Source: Octopus vulgaris (taxonomy: Eukaryota). Taken from it: DNA of 64,000 nucleotides. Location: assembly GCA_951406725.2 (NCBI GenBank), contig OX597814.1, positions 178,250,001-178,314,000 of the forward strand, written 5' to 3'. The position numbers and the translations under genes were made by a program. The notes beneath the pieces were generated by a model. The model had not been told where the DNA came from, ran no database searches, and saw nothing but the letters and a program-made list of their open reading frames with translations. This document shows positions 28,456 through 40,020 of this stretch, piece by piece (within the stretch, counting starts at the first letter, position 1; the number at the start of each line of letters is the position of its first letter).

Positions 28456-28606
28456 GATGATGACGATGATGATGATAATAATAATAATAATGATGATAAT
28501 GATGATGATAATATTAAATGGCTCTCAAGGTTTTTCATCTTAAGTGATTGGATGTGTTATGTACATGTTTTGTCTTGGCATAAAGATGGGCTACAGCATA
28601 TATTCT

Positions 28607-28658
28607 GCTCAATACCATATATTCTGCTCAATACCATATATTCTGCTCAATACCATAG
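28607..28658. repeat. Short tandem triplication (ATATATTCTGCTCAATACC-like unit)
   Basis: TATTCTGCTCAATACCATA occurs three times in tandem. Confidence 0.9.
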
Positions 28659-28971
28659 ATTTACTTGTCAGTTGCTTCACCGTAACCACTTGAGCATGTC
28701 CCTTACTGGTTGACGATATGTGCATCTCTGATGATTGCAGAAGTAGTGGGGGAGCATCGGAACCATGTGGTGAGAGGAATATTTTAGGTTTGAATAATTC
28801 ACCTCTGGAAACATGGGTGTTTCTTTCGTTTTTCTTAGACCTTATTCAGGGACCTTTTAATTGGGATAGGCTACTTGACTTCAAGATGGGTATATTGGGC
28901 TTTGTATATTTATACCCCAGTGTCACTGAGGTGGAATACACTTCTCTCTCACTCAATAATAATAATAATAA

Positions 28972-29085
28972 TCCTTTCTACCATAGTCACAAGGTCTGGA
29001 ATTTTGTGGGTAGGGACTAGTCGATCACATCGATCCCAGCGTTTCAGTGGTACTTAATTTATAGACCCCGAAAGGATGAAAGGCA
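28972..29085 (-). mobile_element. SINE family A 3' half (tail variant 2)
   Basis: GACCCCGAAAGGATGAAAGGC central block with an (ATT)n tail on the sense strand. Confidence 0.75.
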
Positions 29086-29116
29086 CTAGTAGTGGTCGTA
29101 GTAGAAGTAGTAATCG

Positions 29117-29268
29117 CTGCAGCAGCAGCAGCAGCAGCAGCAGAAGAAGAAGAAGAAGAAGAAGAAGAAGAAGAAGAAGAAGAAGAAGAAGAAGAAGAAG
29201 AAGAAGAAGAAGAAGAAGAAGAAGAAGAAGAAGAAGAAGAAGAAGAAGAAGAAGAAGAAGAAGAAGAA
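29117..29268. repeat. (GCA)n followed by a long pure (GAA)n tract
   Basis: Directly visible; about 125 bp of uninterrupted GAA. Confidence 0.95.
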
Positions 29269-29885
29269 ACCTGAGCCAATGAGGGATTATGTGCTCCATC
29301 GTACTGCGAGAAATAGTAGCAATATTTGTCTCAAAAATCACATCCTTTTATATTAATAACCGACCCTATTAGATAATGTGGACTTATATAATATATTCCC
29401 ATAAATAAAGCTTTGATGGTCAGGCCAAGGCACTTACATCTGCAATATCAGATGTGATTTGAGAATAATCTGGAACAAACAGTATGCAAAACATGTCCAA
29501 AAAGTGCATATGAAAACATATTTGTCGATCATAACTGTCTTCTAAAACCATACAGATCTTTAGTATTATATCGATTTTCTTGTTTTGATTGACATATAAT
29601 CGTAAACTCTTTGCGCAACACCTGTTTGTTGGTTAGGAAATTTGAAATCTCTTACATTGATTGTTTCCTTATTCTCATATGAAAACAAAATCCATGAGGT
29701 GTTGTCTAACAAAATAGCTGTTCAGATTTCTTGTCAGATGCAAAAGATTGTTGCAATCTATGCAGTCTACGGCAGAAGAAAAAATAAGAATGGAATTGTT
29801 AAATAGGCTGTTCGAGAGTGCTCCAAGTCATACATGGTATAATCCTTCTTAGCTATGAAAAACCCCAAATAAAATTGGACGTAAT

Positions 29886-30085
29886 ACTCTTTTACTCATT
29901 TACATGTTTCAGTCATGTGACTGTAGCCATGCTGGAGCACCGCCTTTAGCCTAGTACTTATTCTATCGGTCTCTTTTCCCGAACTGCTAAGTTACGGGGA
30001 CGTAAACACACCAGCATCGGTTGTCAAGCGATGTTGAGGGGACAAACACATACACACAAACATATACACACACATACACACACAT

Positions 30086-30118
<33 letters not shown>

Positions 30119-30285
30119 GACGACGGGCTTCTTTCAGTTTCCGTCTTTCAAATCCACTCACAAGGCTGCGGTAGGCCTGAGGCTATAGTAGAATACACTT
30201 GCCCAAGATGCTACGCTGTTGGACTAAACCCGGAACCATTTGGTTCGTAAGGAAGCTACTTACCACACAGCCACTCCTACGCCTA
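29886..30285 (-). mobile_element. tRNA-derived SINE family B with internal (CA)/(TA) microsatellite, near full length
   Basis: Minus-strand head GGAGTGGCTGTGTGGTAAG...GGGTTTAGTCC, a CORE-like CTTGGGCAAGTGT segment, and a 3' end GACTGAAAC..GTAAA.GAGTAAAAGAGTA. Multiple copies occur in the window. Confidence 0.88.
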
Positions 30286-30690
30286 TGGTGAAATTTTCTC
30301 TCCCTACACATACGTGCACAAACACACATAAACATATGATGTTGTACATGTGTGTTTGTCTGCAGGTATATGCTTTTGTATGTGTGTATATGTGCATACA
30401 AGCACACAGCGTATCATTCAACTGAATGATACTTTTTATGCATATGTAGAATATATATGCTCATTTCATATGTAGGATATATATGTGCATTTCTCGTACA
30501 AAAATATGTTCTTGCGCTCGCGTGTATCTGTGGATAAGTTTATGTATGTGCTTCTGATAAATGAGAATAGAAAAGTAGAGTAACTTCAAAAAATACGGGC
30601 AAATTAGGAAGATAAAGTCATGAGAATATACAGATAGAAAATCTTGGATGAGAGAAAGAATCAGAGAGTGACGGTATATGAACTTGTAAA

Positions 30691-30895
30691 AGGCGGCGAG
30701 CTGGCAGAAACGTTAGCACGTCGGGCGTAATGCTTAGCGGTATTTCGTCTGCCGTTACGTTGTGAGTTCAAATTCCGCTGAGGTCGACACATTAAGTACC
30801 AGTTACGCACTGGGGTCGATGTAATCGACTTAATACCTATGTATGTCCTTGTTTGTCCCTTCTATGTTTAGCCTCTTGTGGGTAATAAAGAAATG
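30691..30895 (+). mobile_element. SINE family A (tail variant 1) with perfect 18-bp TSD and an internal deletion
   Basis: TSD GGTATATGAACTTGTAAA at 30673-30690 and 30896-30913; head AGCTGGCAGAAACG...GAGTTCAAATTCC. Confidence 0.92.
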
Positions 30896-31028
30896 GGTAT
30901 ATGAACTTGTAAAGACTTATTATGTAAATATATAAACATTTCGTTTCGGTATTCCTTACACGGTGTGCATAAACAATGATATACATACATACATACAAAC
31001 ATTCATATATATGTATACACACACACGT

Positions 31029-31138
<110 letters not shown>

Positions 31139-31559
31139 CCTCTATTAATTCGAATGGTAAGCACTAGGAACCAGGGATTAATAAGCCATTGAGGGAGTCT
31201 ACACGCGATTGTTGGAATTGCAAGCCATAGCAACTAAATGTTCATATTGTCTGTTGACGAAAACTTGAAGAACATACAGAATATTATAATACTACGTATA
31301 TTATATTTGAATGAGTGTAGAATGGTAATGGAACACCTACTCTTTTTGCTCATCGCTGACCGCGAAATAACTAAAGTAAACAACAAAACAATAACGCTTG
31401 CTGAAAACTGTAACCCTCACACGGTCAAACACCATGTTAAATGTGAAAAATTAAAATATAAGAAGTATAATTTTTTGAGAATATCAAATGTATCACGTTT
31501 ACTATTCATCGTAATTTCACTTTATTTTCAATCATACTATTATGGTGATCATGGGTTCT

Positions 31560-32160
31560 GGACTCATTTTCTTTTGTAATTTGACCCCAGTCGGGACCAT
31601 TCCCAATCGTTCTATAGTATGCAAATCCTTAACTAACCGATTGTACTATCTCCTGTATACTTCGACATACAGTGGTCCATCTTATGGAGTGCAGCTTGGT
31701 TGTCTGCACAGGACAACATTTCGATGGAATTTACATCGAAGGCAGCCAGTATGCACTCGTTTACAATGAAATATTTAATTTTCTTGTGCTTTGAAGACCA
31801 GCATCAAATTTCCAACGCACATGCACCACTTTCTAAAACACATATTCTGTCTCTTCTTTTTCATTTCTATCACTATTCTTGGGACTTCTGATCCTCGCAT
31901 CTTACTGATCTCGTATTTCCACCTCCGTCTCGCCTACCCTGCTTGTGACTTTACATTTTGGCACTCTTTGTACATTCAACACTAACAGAACCTCGCTATG
32001 CACTTTACTCAGTCTGTCTTCCATTGAATATCAAGCCTCTGGCGTCTTCTCACGGTGACAGTTCAAACAGAACATAAACTGCATCATGTTCACCGGTTTC
32101 GGAAGTTCTGCAAAGGTCATGGGCACTGCTCTTTCTTCCTGAATCAGTAACAAGCATCGA
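31560..32160 (+). mobile_element. Decayed PLE of the pyrimidine-rich Neptune type (thumb to GIY-YIG)
   Basis: By eye it is colinear with 42900-43700 (e.g. ctcagtctgtcttccattgaatatc...tggcgtc...gacagttc...gaacat...caccggtttcg...ggtcatgggcact). Confidence 0.5.
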
Positions 32161-32960
32161 AAACCACATTGTTAGTATACTTTTAATGCATATTATTGTT
32201 GCTACTATTTCTGTCTGTATGTTTTATTTATGTTTGTCCAGGATATGTGAGAGAGGTATTATTTTGAATATATTGTAGTAGTGCTCTGAGATATTTGCGT
32301 ATTTGTTTGGGTGAATGGAAGTAAATTGTACGTTGAAACAAATGATAGTGATTAATGTTAATGATTAATGGAGAAAAAAAACAGAGCCCATCTTATGTCA
32401 AAATGGGCTTCCATTTTAGCATTTCTATTTTATCTTGCAGCTGGTATTTCCACCTGGTCTATATACAAACTGTTATGAGATGTATTACGCCCTTTTGTGT
32501 TCGCTGTAATTCACTAGAAGGAAATAAAGATCCTTTGTGATTGTCATAAATCTTCATGAATGAAATTTATTGTTCTTTTACTATTATCTGTTTCTTTCCA
32601 TTGGTTAAATGTGGAACCTGTGATTTCTGTGGAGACATTCAATAGAGATCCTAGTTTTATGTCGTTTATGTATGTGTGTACGTGTGGTCAGTTGATATTA
32701 TTCATCGTAATGAGTGATTGTATCTTATGCTTCCTTGTGTTCCTACTAAGAGAAGAAGCCAGAGATATGATAAGTACTAATCTAAGTCTACAGATTAGGG
32801 AGAACTTTAAAATAGTTTCCCAAACAAAAATAAGAAAACGTAGTGTTACGAAAAAAGACAAATATCGCATTGAGAAGTAACGACGTGTGTTTCAAGACAG
32901 ATCAAATACAATTTACATAGAAGAATTTTTGCTATGATCGCGATGAGATATTATATATAT

Positions 32961-33125
32961 AGGAGCAGGGGTAGGGCTGTGTGGTAAGAAGCTTTCTTTT
33001 CAACCACATGGTTCCGGGTTCAGTCTCAGTGGCACCTTGGTTAAGTGTCTTCTACTAAGCCTCGGGCCAGCAAAAGCCTTGTGAGTGGATTTGGTAGACG
33101 GAAACTGAAAGAAGTCCGTCGTATA
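32961..33125 (+). mobile_element. SINE family B 5' half
   Basis: GGGCTGTGTGGTAAGAAGCTT...GGGTTCAGTC...GTGAGTGGATTTGGTAGACGGAAACTGAAAGAAG. Confidence 0.85.
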
Positions 33126-33149
33126 TGTATGTATATATGCAACTATATG

Positions 33150-33348
33150 TGAATTGTTGGCAATTCTTTTCTTCCGTTTTTCTTCTCTCTTGGACTTACC
33201 TCCATCACCTGTTTCTGAAGGAAAGCTTTGCTCAAAATGTAAGACACCCTTTCTTTCCTTCCTGAGCATCTTATTACTATTTTGCATGTACCACGTCCTT
33301 GCGTTGATTTTTTCTTGTGTGTTTTCTCCGTTTTTCTTTTTGGATTAT
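33150..33348 (+). mobile_element. PLE pseudo-LTR 3' end with decayed hammerhead
   Basis: Same family as 37695-37880 (shared TTGGACTTACC, CTGA.GA.AGC...GCTC.AAA.GT, CTGAGC, TTTGGATT end); it ends in TA repeats. Confidence 0.7.
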
Positions 33349-33350
33349 AT

Positions 33351-33388
<38 letters not shown>

Positions 33389-33395
33389 GGAGAGA

Positions 33396-33431
<36 letters not shown>

Positions 33432-33619
33432 AATGTTTTTTTTGTAAAGATACTCTGCGATATATATTCTGATCTTTTGCATTCTGATTTGTGATCCTGC
33501 CAATGTCAATTGTGAGGGTTGATAAATTAAAGCACCAGTCAGGTATTGGTGAAGAAGTTACAGACTGCGATTACGCTCCTCACCTTGTGGCGTTGGTATT
33601 CTGCCTAAATTATAAACGA

Positions 33620-35800
33620 TTATGATTATCAATGTACAATGGTGAAAAGATGTGAATGTATGTTTTATGAAAATGTAGAGAGATGACGTGACGCGAGCTG
33701 AAAAAAGCTGATCCGAGATATATTGCAGATTGTCGAAATATTGTTATATATACAACAGACTGAACACATCTGACTTGAAGTTTACCAAACAGTAATGAAG
33801 AGCTATTTTCTAACAGATATTCACAACAGCAGAGCATCTGAATTCTATGGTGATACATACGTTGTGTTGTCTGTTCCAGACAGCTATACCAGGCCTTCTA
33901 TGCTTGAACTTGGTATGAGCTTTGAAGGGTAATGTTCCACTAATAATCCTTGTGTAGCTATTCATGTATGTAATCAATAGTAGCAGAACTATCTATATGT
34001 AGCCCAAGACTCATTCTTCTTCGTATGGTAATGTATATTGTTTTAGCGACAACGCTATATCACTTTGAGAGGTAATGACCTCTTGGGGTCGCTCCTAACG
34101 CAGGTTGGATGACTTACACAAAACTGTGACACACTCTACACTCTCCGTTGTATCTTGAGGCTCCAAGACTTTCATTGTCTTTTTCGTTCAGTAGGAATTT
34201 TGTATGAATGTCCTTCTCTCGGATTGCAAGCGTATATTTTTCGAAATGCAATGTGATGTAGTGGTCAAGAGTTCAAGAAATGCTGCACTTCAGGCGGATG
34301 TTACTGTCGTCTTCAAGTCTTCGAGAAACATTCTTATACATAGTCTTTTTCTTGCCCTGATGCGTGTTTCACATTCCAGCTTTTATTAACTATGCTATTC
34401 CAGTTGTTTAGGGGTTTTACATATGTCGTCAGAGTGACATTACTTCATAGACAGCTCACTATCGACTCGTAGGATGTTGTTCTTTTCACTTGTGAGCACT
34501 CAGTTTAAATATGTAGTTTTGTTGCAGTTAACAGGTGTTATCTGCAAAAGAATATACATTCGAAAGCTCTCTGTACTGATCTGACGCCTCTATTTCCATC
34601 ATCCTTTATTGTGTTAGCTTGTCGATATCACTGTTATCTGTGTCGGTATACGTGGAAATTTCCACTTGATGTCAGAATCTTGCAGCTATTAATGACTATT
34701 GAGTGGATTTCTTCTACTGACCATTCAAGTGCCCTAAATGTTGCTATCAATATTAGGACCGTTGAAGCATTGTAGAGTATTGTCTTCTCAGAAGAGAGGT
34801 CTCACTATCATATTTCTCTAATTCTGGTGTAACATTCTCGGGTTACGCTATCTATATCGGCAGCGTTTTTTGTACGATATATATTTATCAATGCCGAGAT
34901 ATGTGTAGCATTTATTGTGTGCAACTTCAAACATAGAGAGGAAGACCTTTGATGCACACGATTTGGGTTTGGGTACAGATTTTCCACATTCAGCAACCAA
35001 ATGCAAATATTTTTCCCTCATATTCCATTCTTATTTCACCTGAAAATGCTTTGTAAATAGTTTTAGCTTAGAGCTACAGGTCATCTACAAAGACATTGTG
35101 TGTTACCTTGGCATCCTTAGCAGCACGAAACCCTATCATATAATCATTAAATTTCTGTAAAAGAAATGATGGCAGTTTTAATGTCAATATATAAAGAAGC
35201 ACATGAAGATTATTTTCTTGATATATTTCCTTTAAAATATTTATAAAATCAGAGACGATCGTTCCGTTCACGACTGTAATTGTTAGCGTTGCTTCCAAGA
35301 TTTTGGGAGACTCTCAACGTCGGCGACAAATGTAACTGGTACATTTGTTAAGTGTAGAGACTTTGGCATCCATGAGTGGGAAATAGAGCCAAATGCTTTC
35401 CTATAGTGAAGTCATAATGCCACAGGTGTTCTGTGGTTCGTCGTTACTTCGGACAACACGCCTTTGTTTATCAAAATTTATTCGGCATATCCCCTCTCTT
35501 TTTGTTCTTGATCTCAGACCAGAATATTTCTGAATCTTCATGATCTTTAAGGACTTCCTTAATGGTAATGTTTTTCTTCTTCATCTTCCAGTATGATATA
35601 TGTGCATTGAAACTAAACTTGGAAGTCGACTTATGATTCTTACTGGATGACTTAAAAGTTTTTGCACTCAGCATCTTGAGTTTGAGTGCTAAAGTAATTA
35701 GCTTTGCTCCAAGATTTTACCGTGAATGGTCACCGTTGAGTTATGTTATAATTATACCTAACGTATAATTAGTAAGGTATGAACTTATGTTCCTTACATT
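33620..35800 (-). mobile_element. Old R4/Dong-like LINE relic
   Basis: Minus-strand ORF pieces occur in the expected order: SEIFWSEI (35471-35674), GFR....KVTHNVFVDDL (RT catalytic motif, 35074-35298) and RECYTRIREI (34808-34996). Confidence 0.6.
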
Positions 35801-35954
35801 TAATTGAGACTATCAACTTCCCAAAATGCCAATGCAGATTCTTGATACCTTTAAGTCTTGTTGTCAATATGGGTTGTTACTTCCTTTTAGTAATTTCATT
35901 ATCATGCACAATTGATATCTTGCCAAGGTTTTCTTTTAGATTAATATATGGTGT

Positions 35955-36135
35955 GCATGGTAAAGACCCCCCTTGGGATTGCACCTAGAAAGTTACGCTC
36001 CCAGACACAAGTCCGGCCAAATTTGTCTACGGAAGACCAGCAGTCGCCCATGCATACCAGCATCTCCTTTCCACGCCACCGATGTTATCCAAGGGAAAGG
36101 CAGAGGCCGATACAGCTTGGCACCAGTGACGTCGA
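35955..36135. repeat. GC-richer interspersed repeat fragment, family not assigned
   Basis: A sharp GC-rich island (GGAAGACCAGCAGTCGCCCATGCATACCAGC...) in AT-rich relic DNA. No second copy is in the window. Confidence 0.35.
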
Positions 36136-37024
36136 TGCTGTGTGTAGGAAGGTAATAATTATCCAGTAATTTTCATCCTATAATTGCGTGTGCTTTCTAG
36201 TAACACCATCAATGACATTTAACATTTGAATAGCTGATTGTGTCTTTAATCCCCTTATGAGTGGTCTTCGTAAGTTGAATATATTTCACAGTCGTCTTTG
36301 GCGAATAAGCTATATGAGAAGACACGCGGGTGTTTATTGATGGCCGAAGTGGTTTGCTGACATTATTAACGACCTCTAGTACGACAAAAAATTACTGTTT
36401 CTCAGTATTTTGAGAAAATCTGATAGCATCTCGTGAGTTTGCTATCACAATTGCTGTGATAGCTATCATTAATATATATATATATATATTTAAATGATGT
36501 TTCTGGCCGAAGCTGTTTTCCGTTACAGAAGTTTGAGTAAACTTCGACCAGTATTTATAATCGCTTCATGTAGCCGATAGAAGTGTCATCTGGAACCTTT
36601 TAATAGTGCAGTGGGAGATTATGGTTTAAACGTAAAAGTCTGCTGCAGCTAGAAGAGTATATACGGCGTCTTAAATAGCTTTCAAGCGTCGTTGTACTGC
36701 TTCTGTTGGTATCAGTATTTGTGTTGCCGTTATCAATATCAGACATGATTGTATAAGCAAAATTCCAACTGGTGTATAATACATCTTGTAATCCTATCTG
36801 AAGAGAGATAAGATGTTAAGTAAAAGGTGTTTTTACTTATAACAGAAGACGTAAAACACTTACTGTATTAAGTTGGAGTATTAGACATAATTGTGGAAGA
36901 AATCGTTCAAAAAGGCATTTTAACCGAGCCTCTGCACCTATATACATTAGGTTAAGGTGTCATATGTGTGTGTGTATGCACGCCGTATGTTGTATGTATG
37001 TGTGTGTATATATATATATATATG

Positions 37025-37057
<33 letters not shown>

Positions 37058-37060
<3 letters not shown>

Positions 37061-37236
37061 AAAAGTAAAAAATATATACAAACTGGGACAAGAACGTGAA
37101 ACACCTAGAAGACGACACAAGACCCACAGGACAGGACATTCGAAGCCCTCAGTCATCAGTCAAGAACCGGATCATCTTCGCAATTTCGGCTGATTAATCT
37201 TGAGATTGCTCCGACCTGGGCAGCCCCCAAGGGAAA

Positions 37237-37238
<2 letters not shown>
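37058..37238 (-). mobile_element. PLE pseudo-LTR-like 3' end between (TA)n tracts
   Basis: The minus strand has CTGATGA..GAGGGCTTC-GAAT (imperfect HHR). Its terminus ATACAAACTGGGACA recurs beside (TA)n at 59932-59946. Confidence 0.55.
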
Positions 37239-37269
<31 letters not shown>

Positions 37270-37293
37270 TGTATTTCGGGATAGACTTTTTTT

Positions 37294-37336
37294 GACCGGA
37301 AATCTTTCGTCACACTTCTGTGACCTCTTCAGCGAT
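37294..37336 (-). ncRNA. Minimal type I hammerhead ribozyme with canonical core
   Basis: AUCG-CUGAAGA-G-GUCAC(AGAAGU)GUGAC-GAA-AG(AU)UU-C-CGGU: 5-bp stem II, stem I AUCG/CGGU, minimal stem III, UUC triplet. Confidence 0.7.
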
Positions 37337-37694
37337 ACTTACTGACTTCGCGTGTGCTCTTGCTCTTCTTATTCCATGGAAAGCGGAGCAGGTGCACACA
37401 CGGAGCCGGAAAGTATCACTGAAGGTGCTGCGACCATACTGGGGCATCGACTTCAAGGGTTTAGTAGAACAAACCTTCCACGCCACTTAATTTTTAAAGT
37501 CTAATAATTGGTGTACGGTTTCTTTTGCCGAACCAGTAAGTGATGTAAATAAACCAATAGTGGTGTTCGGGTATAAATATATGCACAAACACACACACAC
37601 ACATACTCACACACAGTGCACACAACACACACAAATGCATGCAAATATATTACATATACATACATATGGATGTACATATATATATATACATACA

Positions 37695-37880
37695 CATAAT
37701 GAATCCAAACAAAGAAAAACGAACAAGAAAAAACAATAACGCTCAGAAAAGAAAGAAAAGAGGATTTAACGTTTCGAGCCAAGATCTTCGTCAGAAATAA
37801 AGGTAAGTCCAAAGGAACGGAAGAGGGAGGAAGTAAATCGCCAATGATACACACGCAGTTACATTTTGAAATGACCGCCT
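37695..37880 (-). mobile_element. PLE pseudo-LTR 3' end
   Basis: It contains an HHR, is homologous to 33150-33348 and 61897-61960, and its 3' end lies in a TA/CA microsatellite. Confidence 0.75.
37764..37798 (-). ncRNA. Minimal type I hammerhead ribozyme
   Basis: AUUU-CUGACGA-AGAUC(UUG)GCUC-GAAAC-GUU-AAAU: intact core, palindromic AACGUU stem III, one mismatch in stem II. Confidence 0.7.
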
Positions 37881-38010
37881 AACTCTTGAATTTTCTTTAC
37901 CAATAGTCTGCTTGGACAAAAGGAAGGAATATTAGTTTCGTATCTATTACAATGATTTTAAAGAAATATACATATACACCCATCCATACAAAAATACATA
38001 CATGCATATA

Positions 38011-38045
<35 letters not shown>

Positions 38046-38137
38046 CTACATACGCGTGTTTATGCGTGTGTGTGTGAGTGCGTTCGTGTGTGTGTGTTTG
38101 TGTGTGTGTATGCGTGTGTGCGAGAGTGAGAGGGAGG

Positions 38138-38290
38138 GGATTTCTTTCAGTTTCCATCAGCCAAATTTACTCAAAAAACATTGATATAACCTGGAGTTAT
38201 AGTAGAAGTCTCTCACCAAGGTGCCACTCAGTGGGAATGTAACTCAGACCATGTGATTAGGAAGCAAATTTCTTAACAGAGTTATTCTTG
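38138..38290 (-). mobile_element. SINE family B 5' half, decayed
   Basis: TTTCTTTCAGTTTCC..C..CCAAAT..ACTCA...TATAGTAGAAG...CCAAGGTGCCAC.CAGTGGGA matches 30128-30270. Confidence 0.75.
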
Positions 38291-38307
38291 TGTGCATTAA
38301 GTGATAT

Positions 38308-38405
38308 GCTTACAACACCTAGGGTTCCAAGTGCTAACTACACTCGACATTACTTAACTTCGCTGATCGAACTATCACCGGTGCTTTCAACACGATATAG
38401 CCTAG
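38308..38405 (-). pseudogene. 5S rRNA-derived pseudogene with internal deletion
   Basis: The minus strand GGCTATATCGTGTTGAAAGCACCGGTGATAGTTCGATCAGCGAAGTTAAGTAATGTCGAGTGTAGTTAGCACTTGGAACCCTAGGTGTTGTAAGC follows the metazoan 5S sequence as I recall it (GGCCATACCACGTTGAAAGCACCGG..TCGTCCGATCACCGAAGTTAAGCAACGTCG...GTTAGTACTTGGA...GGGTGCTGTAGGC), but lacks the TGGGTGACCGCCTGGG segment. Confidence 0.85.
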
Positions 38406-39834
38406 ATATTTCAGTGCTTATCTTTCAGATATACCACTAGTCATTCCAGCCTTCATCTTTCCAACCTATTTTTTCTTTCACTCATCATTATTTAAGACCA
38501 CATTATTCAGTGTGATTCACCCATTTTTTGAGACGGTAGAATGTTGTGTGCAGGAGTACCGATTACTTTGGTAATTCAAAAGAAATTTTGCTGGCTAACA
38601 TCGCAAAACTAAATATTGAATTCTTTACATTCATTATAAAATGAAATCATGATTGGGTGCAACATTGTTATTCGTCACCCCTCTTCAGTAATATGTGTAC
38701 ACGTATTATAATGAAGTCGGTTTCAGTAACTCTTGAACTTTCTTTACCAATAGACTCTTTGGATAAAAGAAAGGAATATTAGTTTTGTATCTATTACAAT
38801 GATTTAAAAGAAACGATGATTCACAAACCAACTAAAAAATCCTAGTATCTCCATTTCTGCCGATGAAAATTTACTAGTAAAATATTTAGATTTTTTACGC
38901 CGATTTTAATATCAATATCTTTAATCTTCAAACGTTTGCTCTTTGCCTAGAGAAAAAAAATGTTTAATGCTTTTGTGTTGTTGAGAAGTGCTAAGATTCT
39001 CCGGGTGACGAAAATTATTTGAAATATATTTTAGACTGTATGATAGAAGTATTTCACTTCAATTCTCTTGTATAAAAGGAAATAGCTGTTATATTTCACT
39101 GGTTTATGTTTGGTTCAAATATCCAATTATTTTATAGCTGAGTTGTATCACAATCGGAAGCATAACGGAAAACTAACGTGCAGTATTTGGTCATTCCCCT
39201 GTATCCGGTATATTCAAATCGCGTTACCTTTTCTAAAACGATCCCGCAATTATTACAATTTATATCTGAAAATGTGTGTTTTCCTTCAATATATGAAAAG
39301 TATATATATATATTCAATACACACATATATGTATGTATGCATACAAGCGTACATGCATATATGAATCTTCATTCATTGGAATTATCAACGAGTGTATTCC
39401 TCCTTTTTAAATGTGTGGATACATTTTGGTTCAGATACATATGAAAGTTCTTTTGGATAGCGTTAGAAGTGGTGTTAGCAAAAATGTTATATTAGAATTT
39501 AGTATCTTGTGGGAATTTTGGAATAGTTCTGGAGAGGCAACATTTCATGTCCATGTTTTTAGTATGTATGCATGTATGTATCAATGTATGAATATGTAGG
39601 TATGTGTATATGCTAATATATTCGTGTGTGCATGTTATTTGTACATGTACCTGTGTGTATGCGAGTATCTATATATATGTATAGATAGGATCAAAAACAC
39701 TGAAGCTTTTGATGGTATTTCGACTAAGATCTGAAAGATCCTTCCACTAAATGAGTATTTTGTTCGATGATCTACGAATCTATTTCATTACCTTTGTTTC
39801 CTGTTATAATTTCATTTCGTATTTATATAAATAA

Positions 39835-40020
39835 TCCTGTTCATTTTGTCAGTTCTAGAATGATAAACGACAAAGTTATTCCCGATGGAATTTAAACTAA
39901 GAACTTAAAGGTTCTTAATTAAACATCCATTTTATATTCATTTTATCCAACCTAGAAAGGAAAGAGAAAAGGTTGACCCTGCCAAGATTTGAACTGAGAA
40001 TGTAAAGCATCTCAACCACA
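39835..40020 (-). mobile_element. Two decayed SINE A fragments
   Basis: ...GAATTTAAACTAAGAAC and TTCATTTTATCCAACCTAGAAAGGAAAG...GATTTGAACTGAGAA. Confidence 0.5.

Larger units (their letters stand above)
37881..38813 (+). repeat. 86-bp direct repeat pair (37881-37966 and 38728-38813)
   Basis: AACTCTTGAA.TTTCTTTACCAATAG...TTGGA.AAAAG.AAGGAATATTAGTTT.GTATCTATTACAATGATTT.AAAGAAA is present in both, ungapped. Confidence 0.9.

Noticed and set aside
29025-29341. Poly-Glu/Arg/Ser/Leu ORFs (also poly-Ile/Asn/Tyr at 23258-23995, 25735-26025, 59104-59423)
   Set aside because: They are trinucleotide microsatellites with no splice context or flanking coding sequence.
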